Below the pieces are notes generated by a model. The model saw nothing but the letters and a program-made list of their open reading frames with translations. It did no database searches and was not told the DNA's origin. Positions 51,214-64,000 of a stretch of 64,000 nt of DNA are shown piece by piece (the stretch's first letter is position 1; each line of letters starts with the position of its first letter). The translations under genes and the position numbers were made by a program. The DNA is from Lytechinus pictus (lineage: Eukaryota), in NCBI RefSeq assembly GCF_037042905.1, contig NC_087251.1:744001-808000 (forward strand). The letters run 5' to 3'.

Positions 51214-53095
51214 AGGAGAACTATATTGAAAATCGTAAAAATTGAGAATCATATATCAAATCAAAGGAGAAAATAAGGAGAACACGATGGTGTACATCAT
51301 TTATCATGGAGACCGATGGAACTCAGTTAATTGATAGTTTAAAGTTTTCTCTCTGAATGCTTCAAACACGCAGAATTACGTCCGCGAAATTGGGGATTTT
51401 TTATGACGTCACTTTCTGTACGAGAGGTGTGATTGGCTCTCCCACGTGAAGCTCCACTTGCATGCAAAACCTGTTGCGAGGGTACGTTTTCTCCACATTG
51501 TCACTGAATACTTCGATCACGAAATGAAAGATAACCCAGAATTTTATCTAGATTTGGATTTTCAAATTGATGATTTTGAAGATGAAGAGAATGATGATGA
51601 AGTGAACAACAAAGTGACGTAGTTGGGGGTAAATTGGGGGAATCGATGATGATGAGTCGGACAATTCAACTTGCAACACGATCACATGCCGATTCGCTAC
51701 CAACTCATGCAGCTGCTAAGTTCTAGCTACACCGCGCGTGCCAAATTGAATTCACGAAAATGACTTACCACACTGTCCAGACAGAGTCTCTTACTTCTGT
51801 GACTATGAAGAAGGAAAATAATGATAAAACTGTACTTACAAATAAGTGAATGTAATCCGAACCTGAAGGCAAATCAACTCAACGAATAGCAGCAGACGAT
51901 ATGCACCGATGATAAACTTCATGTGGCTGGGATAGATTGTCACTCGTTCTGTTAGATGTAATTTTTATCTCATTAATTTGACAAAATTACGAAACTCGGG
52001 GAATTATTTATCTATATAAAAATATAGTAACATCTCGTATAATTTTTAAATTACGATAAAACGTTTTTTGAAGGAAAACGTTGAGGGAAATTAAATTTAG
52101 ATGTAAAAGATCCCCAACATGCGTAGCTTGATTGAGAGCTGTGCAACACGTGCATAGATCTACTCTCTCAGCCAAGGCGAGAAAGCGATATGGCATGTTT
52201 GTGATTTTGATTACGATCACATATACGAGCTTTTAAAAGGTTTTATCGTAATTTAAAAAATAATACGAGATGGTACTATATTTTTATATAGATAAATAAT
52301 TCCCCGAGTTTCGTAATTTTGTCAAATTAATGAGATAAAAATTACATCTGACAGAACGAGTGACAATCTATCCCAGCCACATGAAGTTTATCATCGGTGC
52401 ATATCGTCTGCTGCTATTCGTTGAGTTGATTTGCCTTCAGGTTCGGATTACATTCACTTGTTTGTAAGTACAGTTTTATCATTATTTTCCTTCTTCATAG
52501 TCACAGAGGTAAGAGACTCTGTCTGGACAGTGTGGTAATTCATTTTCATGAATTCGATTTGGCAAGTGCGGTGTAGCTAGCACTTAGCAGCTGCATGAGT
52601 AAGGTAGCGAATCGGCATGTGATCGTGTTGCAAGTTGAATTGTCCGACTCATCATCATCGGCGTAATTCCCCCAATTTACCTCCAACTACGTCACTTTGT
52701 TGTTCATTTCATCATCATTCTCTTCATCTTCAAAATCATCAATTTGAAAATCCAAATCTAGATAAAATTCTGGGTTTTCTTTCATTTCGTGATCGAAGTA
52801 TTCAGTGACAGTGTGGAGAAAACGTACACTCGCAACAGGTTTTGCATGCAAGTGGAGCTTCACATGGGAGAGCCAATCACGCATCTCGTACAGAAAGTGA
52901 CGTCATCAAATTCAAGTCAATTCAGAGACCGATGCGAGGCATATTTCGGAGAGGCATTTTGAGCGTTTTTTAATCGGCGATTTTCACCTTATGTATTATT
53001 TTCGTTATTTTTGAATGACCCACTGATAATCCCCACATCATTACCTTTCCATTGACATATAATAAGACCTCATTCATAATCAATATAGTTCTCCT
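51214..53095. mobile_element. Kolobok-type non-autonomous element (1882 bp) with large internal foldback
   Basis: 16-bp perfect TIR AGGAGAACTATATTGA. TTAA TSD at 51210-51213 and 53096-53099. Confidence 0.88.
51403..52906. repeat. Long inverted repeat: ~665-bp arms (51403-52067, 52235-52906), ~170-bp spacer
   Basis: The arms read as reverse complements with only scattered substitutions and small indels. Confidence 0.95.
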
Positions 53096-56000
53096 TTAAA
53101 GACCCATTTTTTCCAGCAACTGTGAATAATGTGTGACATATTGGGGAGCCAACACCTTTGAATATTGTTTTAAAGATAAATGGCATTATATCCCTTACTT
53201 AAAATTGTCGCATTGAGAGTGTACACAAGAAGAAAAAGCATAGTTTTACTATGAAAAACGTTTGCCATGAAATAGTTCATTTTCCTTGCTGACGTCACAC
53301 ATAGTCCATTTTTTCCCTAGGGAAAAATGAACTATATACGTTTTTTAGACCCCCCCTCGATTCGCGAGCTGTGCGACGCGATTCGCGAGCTGTGCAACGC
53401 GACGCGCTCTGGCTGAGCTAGTACTCATGACCAGGCGCTGCATGCATGCCACGGGACAGTTTCGGCGAGCTAGCTGCGCTGGGGACGGTACGCACTAATC
53501 AACGGTCCGCTTGCATTTGCAGAAACTGCCATCTTTTGATCGAGAGTTTTGGATCGCTTTATTTTTCTGCAACTTCATACAGGATAATTAAATTGCGAGA
53601 AGCATAACAAGGTGAGTCAATTAAGATCCGATGTAACTAACGTTAGCCGGCCACCCGGGGCCGGCCAGCGCATTGCAATTTGACTTGAGTGAAAAAGCAG
53701 CAAGAGCGCAGCTCAGCGGACCTCCCATTAACCGGAGTCGGGTAGAAGCGGCGCGCAGCCTACCGGTACCCAGGAGCTTTAGCTCAGGCACTAGGTTGGA
53801 CTGGCAATATCGGGAAAAATAGTAATTGCCAGACCAACCTCGCATGAATATTTCCCACTATACTTTCTCAAAGCCTGATATATTTGTATACTATACAAAT
53901 GCTATTCATCATCAACATCACTAATGAGATTGAGAATGCCAGATGACTATAATCCAACAAAATGTAATCAACTTCGAACAATAAATCAGCCAAATTTGAC
54001 AAGAGATGCCCATTTCAACTCTGGATTTCCTTGACAACCTTTTTTGTTTCTTCCGCAACAGCCTCCAGTGCTTTAATGAGCAAATTGACGGTTTACTCAC
54101 TTATATCATAGAAGGCAGGTATGAGATTTCAAACGGCCCTATCTCATGAATGAAGGGAATTGCATAGGTGGGTTTTCCGCCATTTGACAGAGAGGAATCT
54201 TCTCTACTTTGCATTTTAAAATTGGTGTGATTGGTTTAATATTGGCGTCAGACTTTATGAAGAACCAATGATAGTTCATATGACATTTTTGTCAAACTTG
54301 ATATTTTCATTCCCAGCCTATTAACTATCATAGCTATTGTGATGTGAGACTGACTTTTCAATGCGACCGGACCACATCATACTTTAACAGGGATATACTG
54401 ATGTCTGGATGTAGCACATGTTACAAATACAGCATGTACAAATGGTTACGGTATACAGTGAAGTAGGTTTTTTATTACTAAAAGAAAAGGAACAACATAC
54501 ACTGATAAGCAAATTACATGCTGCGATATTTGTGCAAACACGACGAACTTCAAATTTCATCTATTTCAATACTGGACTTAACAAAATTGTTTCCAGCACG
54601 ATATCGTGCTACAGAGTTCGTGAATAATTTGTTGACCGTGTGCTTTTTACGGCCGGTGCGCATAGCCTACAGAGCGTCAGCAATTCACTCAAATGGGAAA
54701 AGTAACTCGAAACTTTCCCATATGTGTATAAAGCAACTTAGCATAATGAGTCCCAGCTAAAAAATCACAGGCCCAAGTACAAGTGTATAATATACATCTG
54801 GAATCCTATAAATCAACTAGGCCAATAACAATCACATCTGCCCCAAACAACAATCCACTCTAACCAACCTTGGTCAACACCAATTTTCTTCAATTAGATT
54901 GAACTTGAAAGGTTTATTAGATCATATTACAACCATGATTAGTTATAACCGGCCTCATTCCTTGACAAGCCACTGCAACCAACTATAGTGTAGCGTTTGG
55001 GTTCTGATTGACGAGTTGGTGGAATGATTGGGAAGGGTTAATAGCGGTTGAACAGGTGATGACAGAGGTATGGTTGACTGACAGCCCCTTCTCATGTTGA
55101 TCCATTTATCATATCACTTTAGCAGATAAACTACATGTAGTTGAAAATAAATCATATAAACATTCAATATATTCCTTAATTGCTTTCTATCTCATCTGTC
55201 TATCATATACTACCTTTTATTTTCTCTGTAATAGAACAGATTTCGAAATGCATCATAAATGCGGTACTTTTCAGAACATTAAGAAAAAAAATCTATGGAA
55301 CTTACTAATGGTTTGTTTTTAAAAAAGGCTTCAATAAAAAGAAAATCTGAATGGGGGCTCCTTTGCACACAATTGTACTGAACTTTGTACCAAAAGAGTT
55401 TCTCTTACTACTTATTAAGAGTATTTGGGACAACTTTTGGGGGAGATGTAATTACATCAGTGAGACAGAGCCCATGTCATGTCAAAATTAATAGAAAAGA
55501 AAGATTTATTTCAACAAACATGATATTCCTAGGCTCAATAGAATGCAAGTAAAGCAAAACGAAATGAAAAGGTAGTTCTGCTAAAGACCTTGGAGCAGTT
55601 TGTTGTCACCTGCTTGTAGGGAGTGAAATAGAAATATTGTAACAAAGTGGTTTATAGCACAATAAGATGAGCATGTTTTGCAGTCTATGCCTCATTACTC
55701 CTTCTCTGTTGTGTGGGAGTATACAAGGGTGCATCATCCCATTATGGAGGTGTTCACATATGTCTAAAGTGTTCATACCATAAGAGATTACTTTGAAGTG
55801 TCTGGGGTTTTTCAGTCTAGCATAGAAAAAAAATTAAAAAGAATTTGGTATTACTATCGGTTTAGATATTTCAGATAATTGACAAACGATTTCATATTGC
55901 ACGATTTGAGAATTGCATCGCTGTAGTTAACATTTCTTTGCATAATAAAATCATCATTGGTATTTGCTTTATGAACTTCTTCATTCACTCAATAGTAATG

Positions 56001-56746
56001 ATGTCAGAAGGACATGTGTGAAATGCTTCTGTGACATCTCCCCTATTCCTCTAGACAAAACACAGACAGGATAGCTTCAAAGTCAAAGAGATTCAAGAGA
56101 TCAAAATAGCCTTTTGAAAGAATTACTTTGCAACTATTATCACTAAATGTATTTTCACTCTAGATTCCCTTGGGGTAGGCCTACAACATATTGACTTAAA
56201 TAGTACTAACCCAAAATTCTAAAGCAATTTGTTTATTCTTTACTTTCTTTCAATATTTCATTCTATGGCAAAGTACAAATTTGCAAGGTCACAGTGAAAC
56301 AAGTGTGGGATTTCTTTTTATTAGAAACATGTATCTGCTTCTACCACACCTCTCTTGATCTGACCTAATAACTACAGGAGATGGGGCATTAAGTATCAAT
56401 CCAATCTATGCTAATTATCACACTCCCACAGATCATAGAATATTATCCTTCTGGCATTTTAATGGTTTTTCTCAGTCAATAGCTCCAAGACCTACCCATC
56501 TACATCTTTGTGTACACATGAACATGGTAACACATGTATTCATTTTGAATGAATAAATCTCTTTGGATTTATATGTTCACATATATTTACTCTATTTTTA
56601 CTATCTATTTACTATCTCCTTTTCATTTTATCATAATTTCAATTGATTTTCAATTCATGAGACATTCACCCATATCACTAGAATATGAAGTTGCTAAACT
56701 CTTCTGAGGGTCGTATTTTGATATTCCTAAATGGTCTTAGGTCTTA

Positions 56747-57486
56747 GGTCGTTTACGCGACCTCAAGCCAGAATCATGATTTGAATCATGATTCAAAACA
56801 CAAACATGAATCACAATATCACAGAATCAGCGTTTAGACGACCTTAATTCTAATAATAGTGCGCAGTTTGACAGAGGAAGTTTTTCGCACGTGTTTCGGC
56901 TCTTGAAAAAATCTCTTTGCTTCCAGAATTTCGTCTATATCTCATTTTGTTTACTTTTATCATAGGGTCCATTTTTCTATTCATCTTGTCGGTTTATCGA
57001 AAATGGTGTTCGGAAGTGAATTTCAGCGTAGATCCAATTTAATATTGACACTGTTAAACTGAGATCATTGTCTGTCCAGTTAATTAATTTACTAGAACTT
57101 GAAGTTGAAGACATTACCAAAAATGAAATGTAGTGGACGATGCGATGACCAACGCAGAACTTGAACATGACAAGAAATGCATGCATCGCACATAATTATG
57201 TACAAACACTGAGCATATAGAGCGCCTTGAGCTTGGCAAGAGTCAAACGGACACAGTGACTTCATAGAATCATGATTCAAATCACGATTGCATTTATACA
57301 ACCTTTTTCGTTCGTGATTCTACAAAAACGTCTTTCCAAACGCCCCTTTTTCCGTGTTTCATCACTTTCATGTTTGTGATTTGAAAGACGTTTATTTTTA
57401 CTTTTGACTAAACGCAATCGTGATTCTGCAGAATCACGATTTGAATCATGATTCTAGGGTAAAAAAAGTGGCGCATAAACGCACCC
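56747..57486 (-). mobile_element. Harbinger-type MITE family G, full copy (740 bp)
   Basis: Imperfect TIR ggtcgtttacgcgacc / ggcgcataaacgcaccc, TA-containing flanks, AATCATGATT motifs at both ends. Inverted homolog of 2689-3368. Confidence 0.82.
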
Positions 57487-58516
57487 TAAATGGACGAAGA
57501 AGTTTACTGACATGTTAGATGACAAATCCTATCTCCCTCTCAGTTAAGCTAGATCATTATGACAACAATCTAAATGCTATATTTATTTTGACAACTTCAA
57601 AGTTAACAAAGCCATGAAAAAAATCAATTACCTCCATAGTATATGAATAGTTGTATACTTACAGCCCCAAGAAAAATAAAGCATTCATATTACTTTGAAA
57701 AGAAAAAGAAATGTTTGGATGAAAAGAAATTGATTAGGTAGAAAATGATGAAAGCAGTGATTTTTTTTCCTTGAGCAATGCATGATAATGGCAGAGAACT
57801 ATTGGAGTTTTCCCTTTCATATTTTGTCAAGGCAGAAGTGATTTATGGCTTCTGGTCTACTCCAAAGAGTGACAATAGCTGAGCAGTTTAGCAGTCATTT
57901 CGCATTCAGTTTGAAGGTAACATAATAATGACTTTACATTGTATTCATCTGGTTAATGCAGTGGCTTTATACAACAAAGGGGTTGCCTTTGGTTTCTAAT
58001 ACAGTCAGTCTTGGAAAGAGTTAAGTTTATCTACGAAGCAAACTGCCAATTCTCTGTGTATTATTGTACTGTATCTTTGAACTTTTTGCAATATTCACTT
58101 CTGTCAATATTGCAAAGTTTGAGTAGATTTGTATATAAACTTAAATATAAACTTACCAAAATATTTGGAGATAAAAGCACTAAAACCTTAAATGTTAAAC
58201 TAACATGATCAAAAATTGTTGTGAAACTAACATGGTGCATTGAGTGTACAAACTACAAGGGTACCCAAATAGCAGGGAATTATTTTACTTCTCAAATATG
58301 ATTTGCAGTTTGGGCTGTTGGGGAAGTATTTCAACAAAGTTCTATAGATTATACAATGAAAAAGGCTGAAAAAAGACATTTTGTGTAGGTTAAATTAGTA
58401 TAATAAATGCAATCTGATACCAGGAAAATTTATACCTTTCTGCATGTTTTCATAACAGATTTGTATGTGGTAGTATCAATAGAAAATCTTTACTCACACA
58501 TTTGCGACTAATTTAA

Positions 58517-59089
58517 AGGTCAAGTCCACCCCATAAAAAATTGATTTGAATCAATAGAAAATCAAACAATAATGTTGAAAATTTTATCAAAATCGGATGT
58601 AAAATAAGAAAGTTATGACATTTTAAAGTTTCGCTTATTTTTCACAAAACAGTTATAAACACAACTCAGTGATATGCAAATAAGAGAGTTGATGATGTCA
58701 CTCACTATTTAGTATGTTTTTTTAAATTGTATTATACAATATTTCAATTTTCACACATTTTGGCAATAAGATCCCTCTTGGTTGAACCACAAAATGTTCA
58801 AACAAAGGTAATTCCACATGTTCAGGGAGAAATAAAGCCTTGTTTCTCATAAAGAGAAAATTGAAATATTTCATATAACATACAAAATAAATAGTGAGTG
58901 ACATCATCAGTCACCTCATTTGCATACCGACCAGGATGTGCATATAACTGTTTTGTGAAATTAAGCAAAACTTTAAAATGTCATAACTTTCTTATAATAC
59001 ATCCGATTTTGATGAAATTTTCAGTGTTATGCTTGCTTGATTTATCTCTTTTTATTTAAAATTTTTTTTGTTGGGGTGGACTTTAACCT
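58517..59089. mobile_element. Kolobok-type MITE (573 bp)
   Basis: TTAA flanks at 58513-58516 and 59090-59093. Termini aggtcaagtccacccc / ggggtggactttaacct with ~200-bp imperfect TIRs. Confidence 0.85.
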
Positions 59090-62052
59090 TTAACATGTAA
59101 AATACTCATAAAGGTTACAATCTCGAGTTTCACGACCAAGTTTGTTCCAAGCTTTTACTTCCTTTTGTAATCGTCCAGGTATAGCTTAATCATCTGATAA
59201 ATTCATCATAATTAATTGTAATGGTAACAAGGATTCAAGACAGAGGAAGAACGCTACGACTGATGTCAGTCTTAGACTCATCAGAGATTATAACAATGCT
59301 AACTATGACAACTTTGTAGCCAAGTTCAACAGCAGACCAGTATTGATTACACACATATCTATGGGGAGCTGATCTCTATCAGACCTATGTCACATGACAT
59401 ACAAGCATCTAGTCTGAGAAGGGTCACATGACAGAGATGTTCAACCAAAAAGCTTAGAAGCTGAAATGGTTGATCTCACTCAGAGACAACTTACTATTTG
59501 GTACATTTGTCTTTTCTACCATCTGAGCTATATGACAATGGAGGTTACCATTATTGCAAGTTCTTTATTAAACAGACCCTAAAGTGCTGTGTCCGTAAGT
59601 GATCGTGAGGCAGACTATGGCAGTTCTTGAAAGCAATGCCAAAGAAAACTTGCTTTAAGTCTTGTGAAATCTTTATTTTACTTTATTTCATAAAGCTCCT
59701 ACAAACAATTTCTCCATGGAAAAATCTGCATGTTAACAAAATATAAACCCAACATAACCAAAAACAAATACGGTATAAGTTTTCTTTGTACCAAAAAACC
59801 ATTCACTTCCAGAAACCTGAGCACAATATGTTCAGATTCAGATACAGTAAGAACTGACCAATGCCAGATTATCAGAACTTTCACTAGACATGTTTTTACA
59901 ATGGATCCATATCACCATGATGCTTTTCCTTATATTAATATTAAATGTGTAAATCATTTTTTACTTCACTGGGAGTTTACATGTATTCGTATTAGGAACA
60001 AGTTCTGGTCCATTACACATTATAGAATACATAGTCTTCAGAAGAAAATTGATTTACACAGCCTGTATTGCATAAAAAGAGAAACATATTCTCCTTACAC
60101 AAGGCTTCCTGATGGGGTCATGAAATTGTACCACTATTGGTTTTCTCTGAATGGCTAAGATATTTCCTTTTGCAGAAAGCCAAAAAGTACATAACAAGGA
60201 TTTTCCAATTAACTCAATGTACCAGTGATCTTAAAATTTCTATTCCCAAATTAAATATGCTTTTGTCATTAAATCAATCAGAATTTGGAGTCTGTTTTGG
60301 GGGGTAGGCCATCAAGCCTGTAGGTTTTCGAGGCTTGCCTTTAGCCTTATGGCTTTGTGTATTTGCCCTAGCTGATGAAATTGCTCTTGGCCGTCTAGGG
60401 GAATATGACGTTGAAAATTAACTGCAAACATCAGAATGAAAATGGAAGGTAAAGTCAAAGAGTCTGCGACCAAGCACGATGGGACAAAAAAAAGGAAAAA
60501 ACAGATATGTATGTGTATGAATTCTTTTACGTATAGGTCTTCTATAAACCCATTGTGGATCTATAGCAAATGGCCTTTTCTCTGAATTCCACTGCTTCTT
60601 GGCTGTAATTATGTGATATCAGAATATTGGCAAACATATTGACAATTTAAACCCTGGTCAAACAACTCCAACTCAGGTCCCTTATTGACTCTTGAAAATT
60701 GTCTTACGTAAGATAAACCCCAAAAAACAGGTCCGGGTATATTACTGAAAGCAACATCTCAATGTCTATGCTGTTAAAGATTCACAGGGTCATTAAACTT
60801 GCAAAATGGATCCTTTCAAATGCTTAAAAACAATTGAGTATCTTGTATTGAGGAGACAGAGCACATCAATGGTACAATGTTCAGGTCGATATATATATAT
60901 TTAACTCGCCTTTCAGAGAAACAATATGAAGAGAATCCTTCAAAGAGGAACTTTTATTTGTTTTGGCAATTCCAAGGTGTGATTGTAATCATTAACCACC
61001 ACCAGGATACATGTAGTACACTTTAAAAAAAAAACACACAGGGAATTCCCAACTCCCTAAAAAATACTAACAAAATCAACAATCTGCACTACTAAAATTT
61101 GTTGGAGTGCTTCAATAAAGATGTATTCACAGTTCTTCTCCATGGGACTGCAGGAATTATTTTCTTTCATACACATACATGTATTTCAAGCCCATGTAAC
61201 AGATTCTTACGAAAACTTGCATTCAACTCTTTAGCTATAAACAGTCATAAATAATCAGCTGAACTTTTGACACTGTAAAAATCATGCAAGCTTGCTTGAT
61301 GTATCTATGGGATTATCCAAAGTGAATGGCCCAACTTGAGTGAAGGAAATTACCCTATTTCTTGCCATATTTTCAGCTATTTCTTCACCACAATAGCACC
61401 ACCCGGTCAAAAGTAAATCACTTCTAAAGGGTATAAATGAAACTTTATAATGCCATGGAAACTATTGAAAGAGGGTCTAATTCAGGAGGTCTAATCATCA
61501 GTGACTAACTAGTGAATGCAAGCAAGGGTTCATTTTCAGTTCAGTCCCTTACATCCAACCACAAGATACCAAACAACAGTTTAGAAGAACACCAAAAACA
61601 TTATAAAACACACAAGATATGGCTATTTAACACATTATAACTTCCTGCATCCAGGGTTGATTCACAGTAAGTGCCAACTATACACCAACTCTTTCTTCTC
61701 TTTGTTATCTAAAGTAAAATAGGACTCATATTTCCCATCACCAGGGTCAACAGTGACACCTTGCCATTCAGGACTTTGTGTGACTTGAAACACCATTACA
61801 ATATGTAATCAATGCCACAAACTAGTCAATTCGCTGTATTCAAAACTGCACATTTCACACCCCATTCCAAAATCTGTGTGTTTACATCGAGTTTCATTCT
61901 CAATTCATTTTTTCAGATAAACCGTTTTCATCAAACAAATATATAACAAAAAGGGGTAATTTATTTTTAGTGAAAAACATGCAAGCTTTAGTTTGCTTTC
62001 TGTCTCTTCATATTGCAGATAAATTATTTTTGGTTGGTGCTGCTTCTCCCCC

Positions 62053-62441
62053 TAAATACCAGTTGTGGTAATGATCCCAAAATGAGTTTGAACAGAATCC
62101 AATGAAACTACCACCAAAGTGTTTGAATGTATAAATTAAAAAAAGTTATGTGCCAAATAGCTCTGGAAGAAAATGAGTAATTGCTGAGAAATAAGCAACA
62201 TAAGCACGGAATTCCATCAAATGTCAGGTATTTTTCGAAGCAATATTAATAAACTGTCCCACATATGCTTTTCTGTGTTAGTGATCATGAGAATTATCAA
62301 TTTTAAACTAAGATTTCATGAGTTTACAAAGATAAGTTTACATTGATGTATCAGATCTAGATGTATAATATTTCGACAATTAACCTAAATTTAAATACTT
62401 TCTCATGAAATCATTGTTTGTTGCAACTGTTGTCTTTATCT
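62053..62441. mobile_element. Probable Kolobok-type MITE with damaged left end
   Basis: Right end caactgttgtctttatct followed by TTAA. Left taaataccagttg is a partial inverted match. Confidence 0.45.
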
Positions 62442-63261
62442 TTAAATAATACTTTGCATTCCTCTAGAATCTAAGGGTTTGTATTATCATCTCTACCTCT
62501 AAAATGCTGATGTGGGTCTGTATATTGGATCCTGACCCCCTTGATCTTGAAGCTAACAGGTGACATTGAGTAATAGTCAACCATTCAAAACAATAAGTCA
62601 CTCAGCTATACAACACAATCATAAATCATAAAACACTTTCCCACTGCTGATACTAGCATCTCTTCCAGCATCCTTATCCATGTGTTCCACATTTAAAAGA
62701 CAAGACTTAGTCTACTATATTTCAGCAATGAGAAGTTAATTGACACATAGATAAGATCCCTTTTTCCGAGTCTGGTACAAGTAAAATATGGAATCTCAGG
62801 TATTTATGAGAATTTCCTGGTGTGCTTTTCTCAAATAAGAAGAGAGCAGAACTAAGAGAGTAACTGAAGGTTAGTATTTCAATTTCTTGACAACTTACAC
62901 TGTATAGGCTCAAAAGCAAACATTATACCAACAGGGAGATTTTGATAAGTTCTGAATTATGAGGGCATATTTGATAGTCTAAATAAAATGAAAGTCAAAA
63001 CAAAGGTAATATGGGCTATGATTTGAGATAATGACATTTATGAATTCGTTATGTTTAATTTCAAACAATTTCCTTTGTTTCGTATATCCAACTTTCTCTT
63101 TCTCATCCCTATTCCTAATCCTATATTTAGAACTTTTTAAGACTCTGTGAATGTGATGCCCATTTAAGCATCTTCTTTCCCCATTATTTCGCATTATTTA
63201 TTTTCAGAATTTACAAGATCTACATCTCTGATGATATGGTAATGACTAACCCTTATTTTAA

Positions 63262-63428
63262 AGGGGAAGTTCACCCTGACAAAAATTTTATTGTAAATAT
63301 AGCAACAACAAAAATTAATTTTGGTGAAGGTTTCAGGAAAATCCGTCAAATATTTAAAAAAGTTTTTTTTTTGTGACGTCATGAAGAAGAGCAGCCCCAA
63401 TTATGTTGTGTAATATAAAATGCATAAC
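63262..63428 (+). mobile_element. Left-terminal fragment of a Kolobok-type MITE
   Basis: TTAA then AGGGGAAGTTCACCC, similar in style to the 58517 terminus. Includes TGACGTCA at 63374. No right end. Confidence 0.5.
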
Positions 63429-64000
63429 ACTTAAAGACAGGCTTTACATATAGGCTTTAAAGTTTTAGCACAAACTTTGTGTATGAACAGGGTGTGTAGA
63501 TCTAGGCTAAGTGCAATGTTGAGAGTTTGCTCAGGCAATCCAAGCAAACAATATCGGTTTCAAACTCTTCTACTCAGAATTTAAATTTACTTCAAATCTC
63601 GTTCCTTGTTCCACTTCCATTTGAACTCTCTGGATATCAGTTTATCAGGTGTCCTATTCATACTTACATCTACAACATATTTTAAATCAATAAACTTTTA
63701 TTATCTCATAATTCATTTTCAGATTTAACTGATAGACTACACATCAACAGAAATATTCAAATAGATGTAAAAGAATGGTTTATTCAGTAGCTTTACAATA
63801 CAATACGCAAATCAGGGTTCTACTTTTAAAATTTATTGAATCGAAAAACAGTTTCATCCCAAATACTAAATCTGAATAGCATACTGCTTGATGTCTAGCT
63901 GCTGATATTTATCTGAACAAGTTTTGTTTCAGTAATGAGTGCTATTTATCAACATCACACCATTTTCAAGAAACTCATCTTGTCACCAATGTTTCTACAT

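Larger units (their letters stand above)
1216..64000 (-). other. Probable single large intron of the CRIM1-like gene
   Basis: Lies 5' of an internal exon that has an acceptor site. I found no further Cys-rich exon by eye and the region is repeat-rich. Small exons could have been missed. Confidence 0.6.

Noticed and set aside
52687..52884. Acidic 65-aa ORF as a host gene
   Set aside because: Duplicated in both arms of a transposon foldback, and the other arm lacks the same ATG. At most a transposon gene remnant.
2689..57486. Inverted family-G copies as the ends of one 55-kb composite transposon or a circRNA-promoting pair
   Set aside because: The copies are clearly diverged and each has its own internal structure. 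Both lie on the same side of the only exon, so they bracket no exon.

Overview
This is AT-rich animal genomic DNA. The repeat content looks like a marine invertebrate such as a sea urchin; that is inference and cannot be verified here. The only host coding sequence I can support is one 249-bp minus-strand exon (967-1215), missed by the ORF track, whose cysteine pattern matches CRIM1. I found no upstream exon, so most of the window is probably one intron of more than 60 kb. It is packed with non-autonomous transposons. These include TTAA-flanked Kolobok-type elements (one with a THAP-domain start, one with a ~665-bp internal foldback), an AcademH-type element (9-bp TSD, RecQ-helicase remnant), several PIF/Harbinger-type MITE families, hAT-type and 9-bp-TSD MITEs, two Helentron-associated (HINE-like) elements, and SINEs. 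A ~150-unit 36-bp satellite produces all the long ORFs, which are repeat artefacts. The most unusual signals are three. (i) Two TTAA transposons bracket the satellite, each inserted into the repeat unit's own TTAA. (ii) A TGACGTCA palindrome sits symmetrically 174-193 bp inside both ends of four different TTAA elements. (iii) The helicase and THAP remnants allow superfamily assignment. I found no CRISPR array, RNA gene or intact transposase. All alignments were done by eye.
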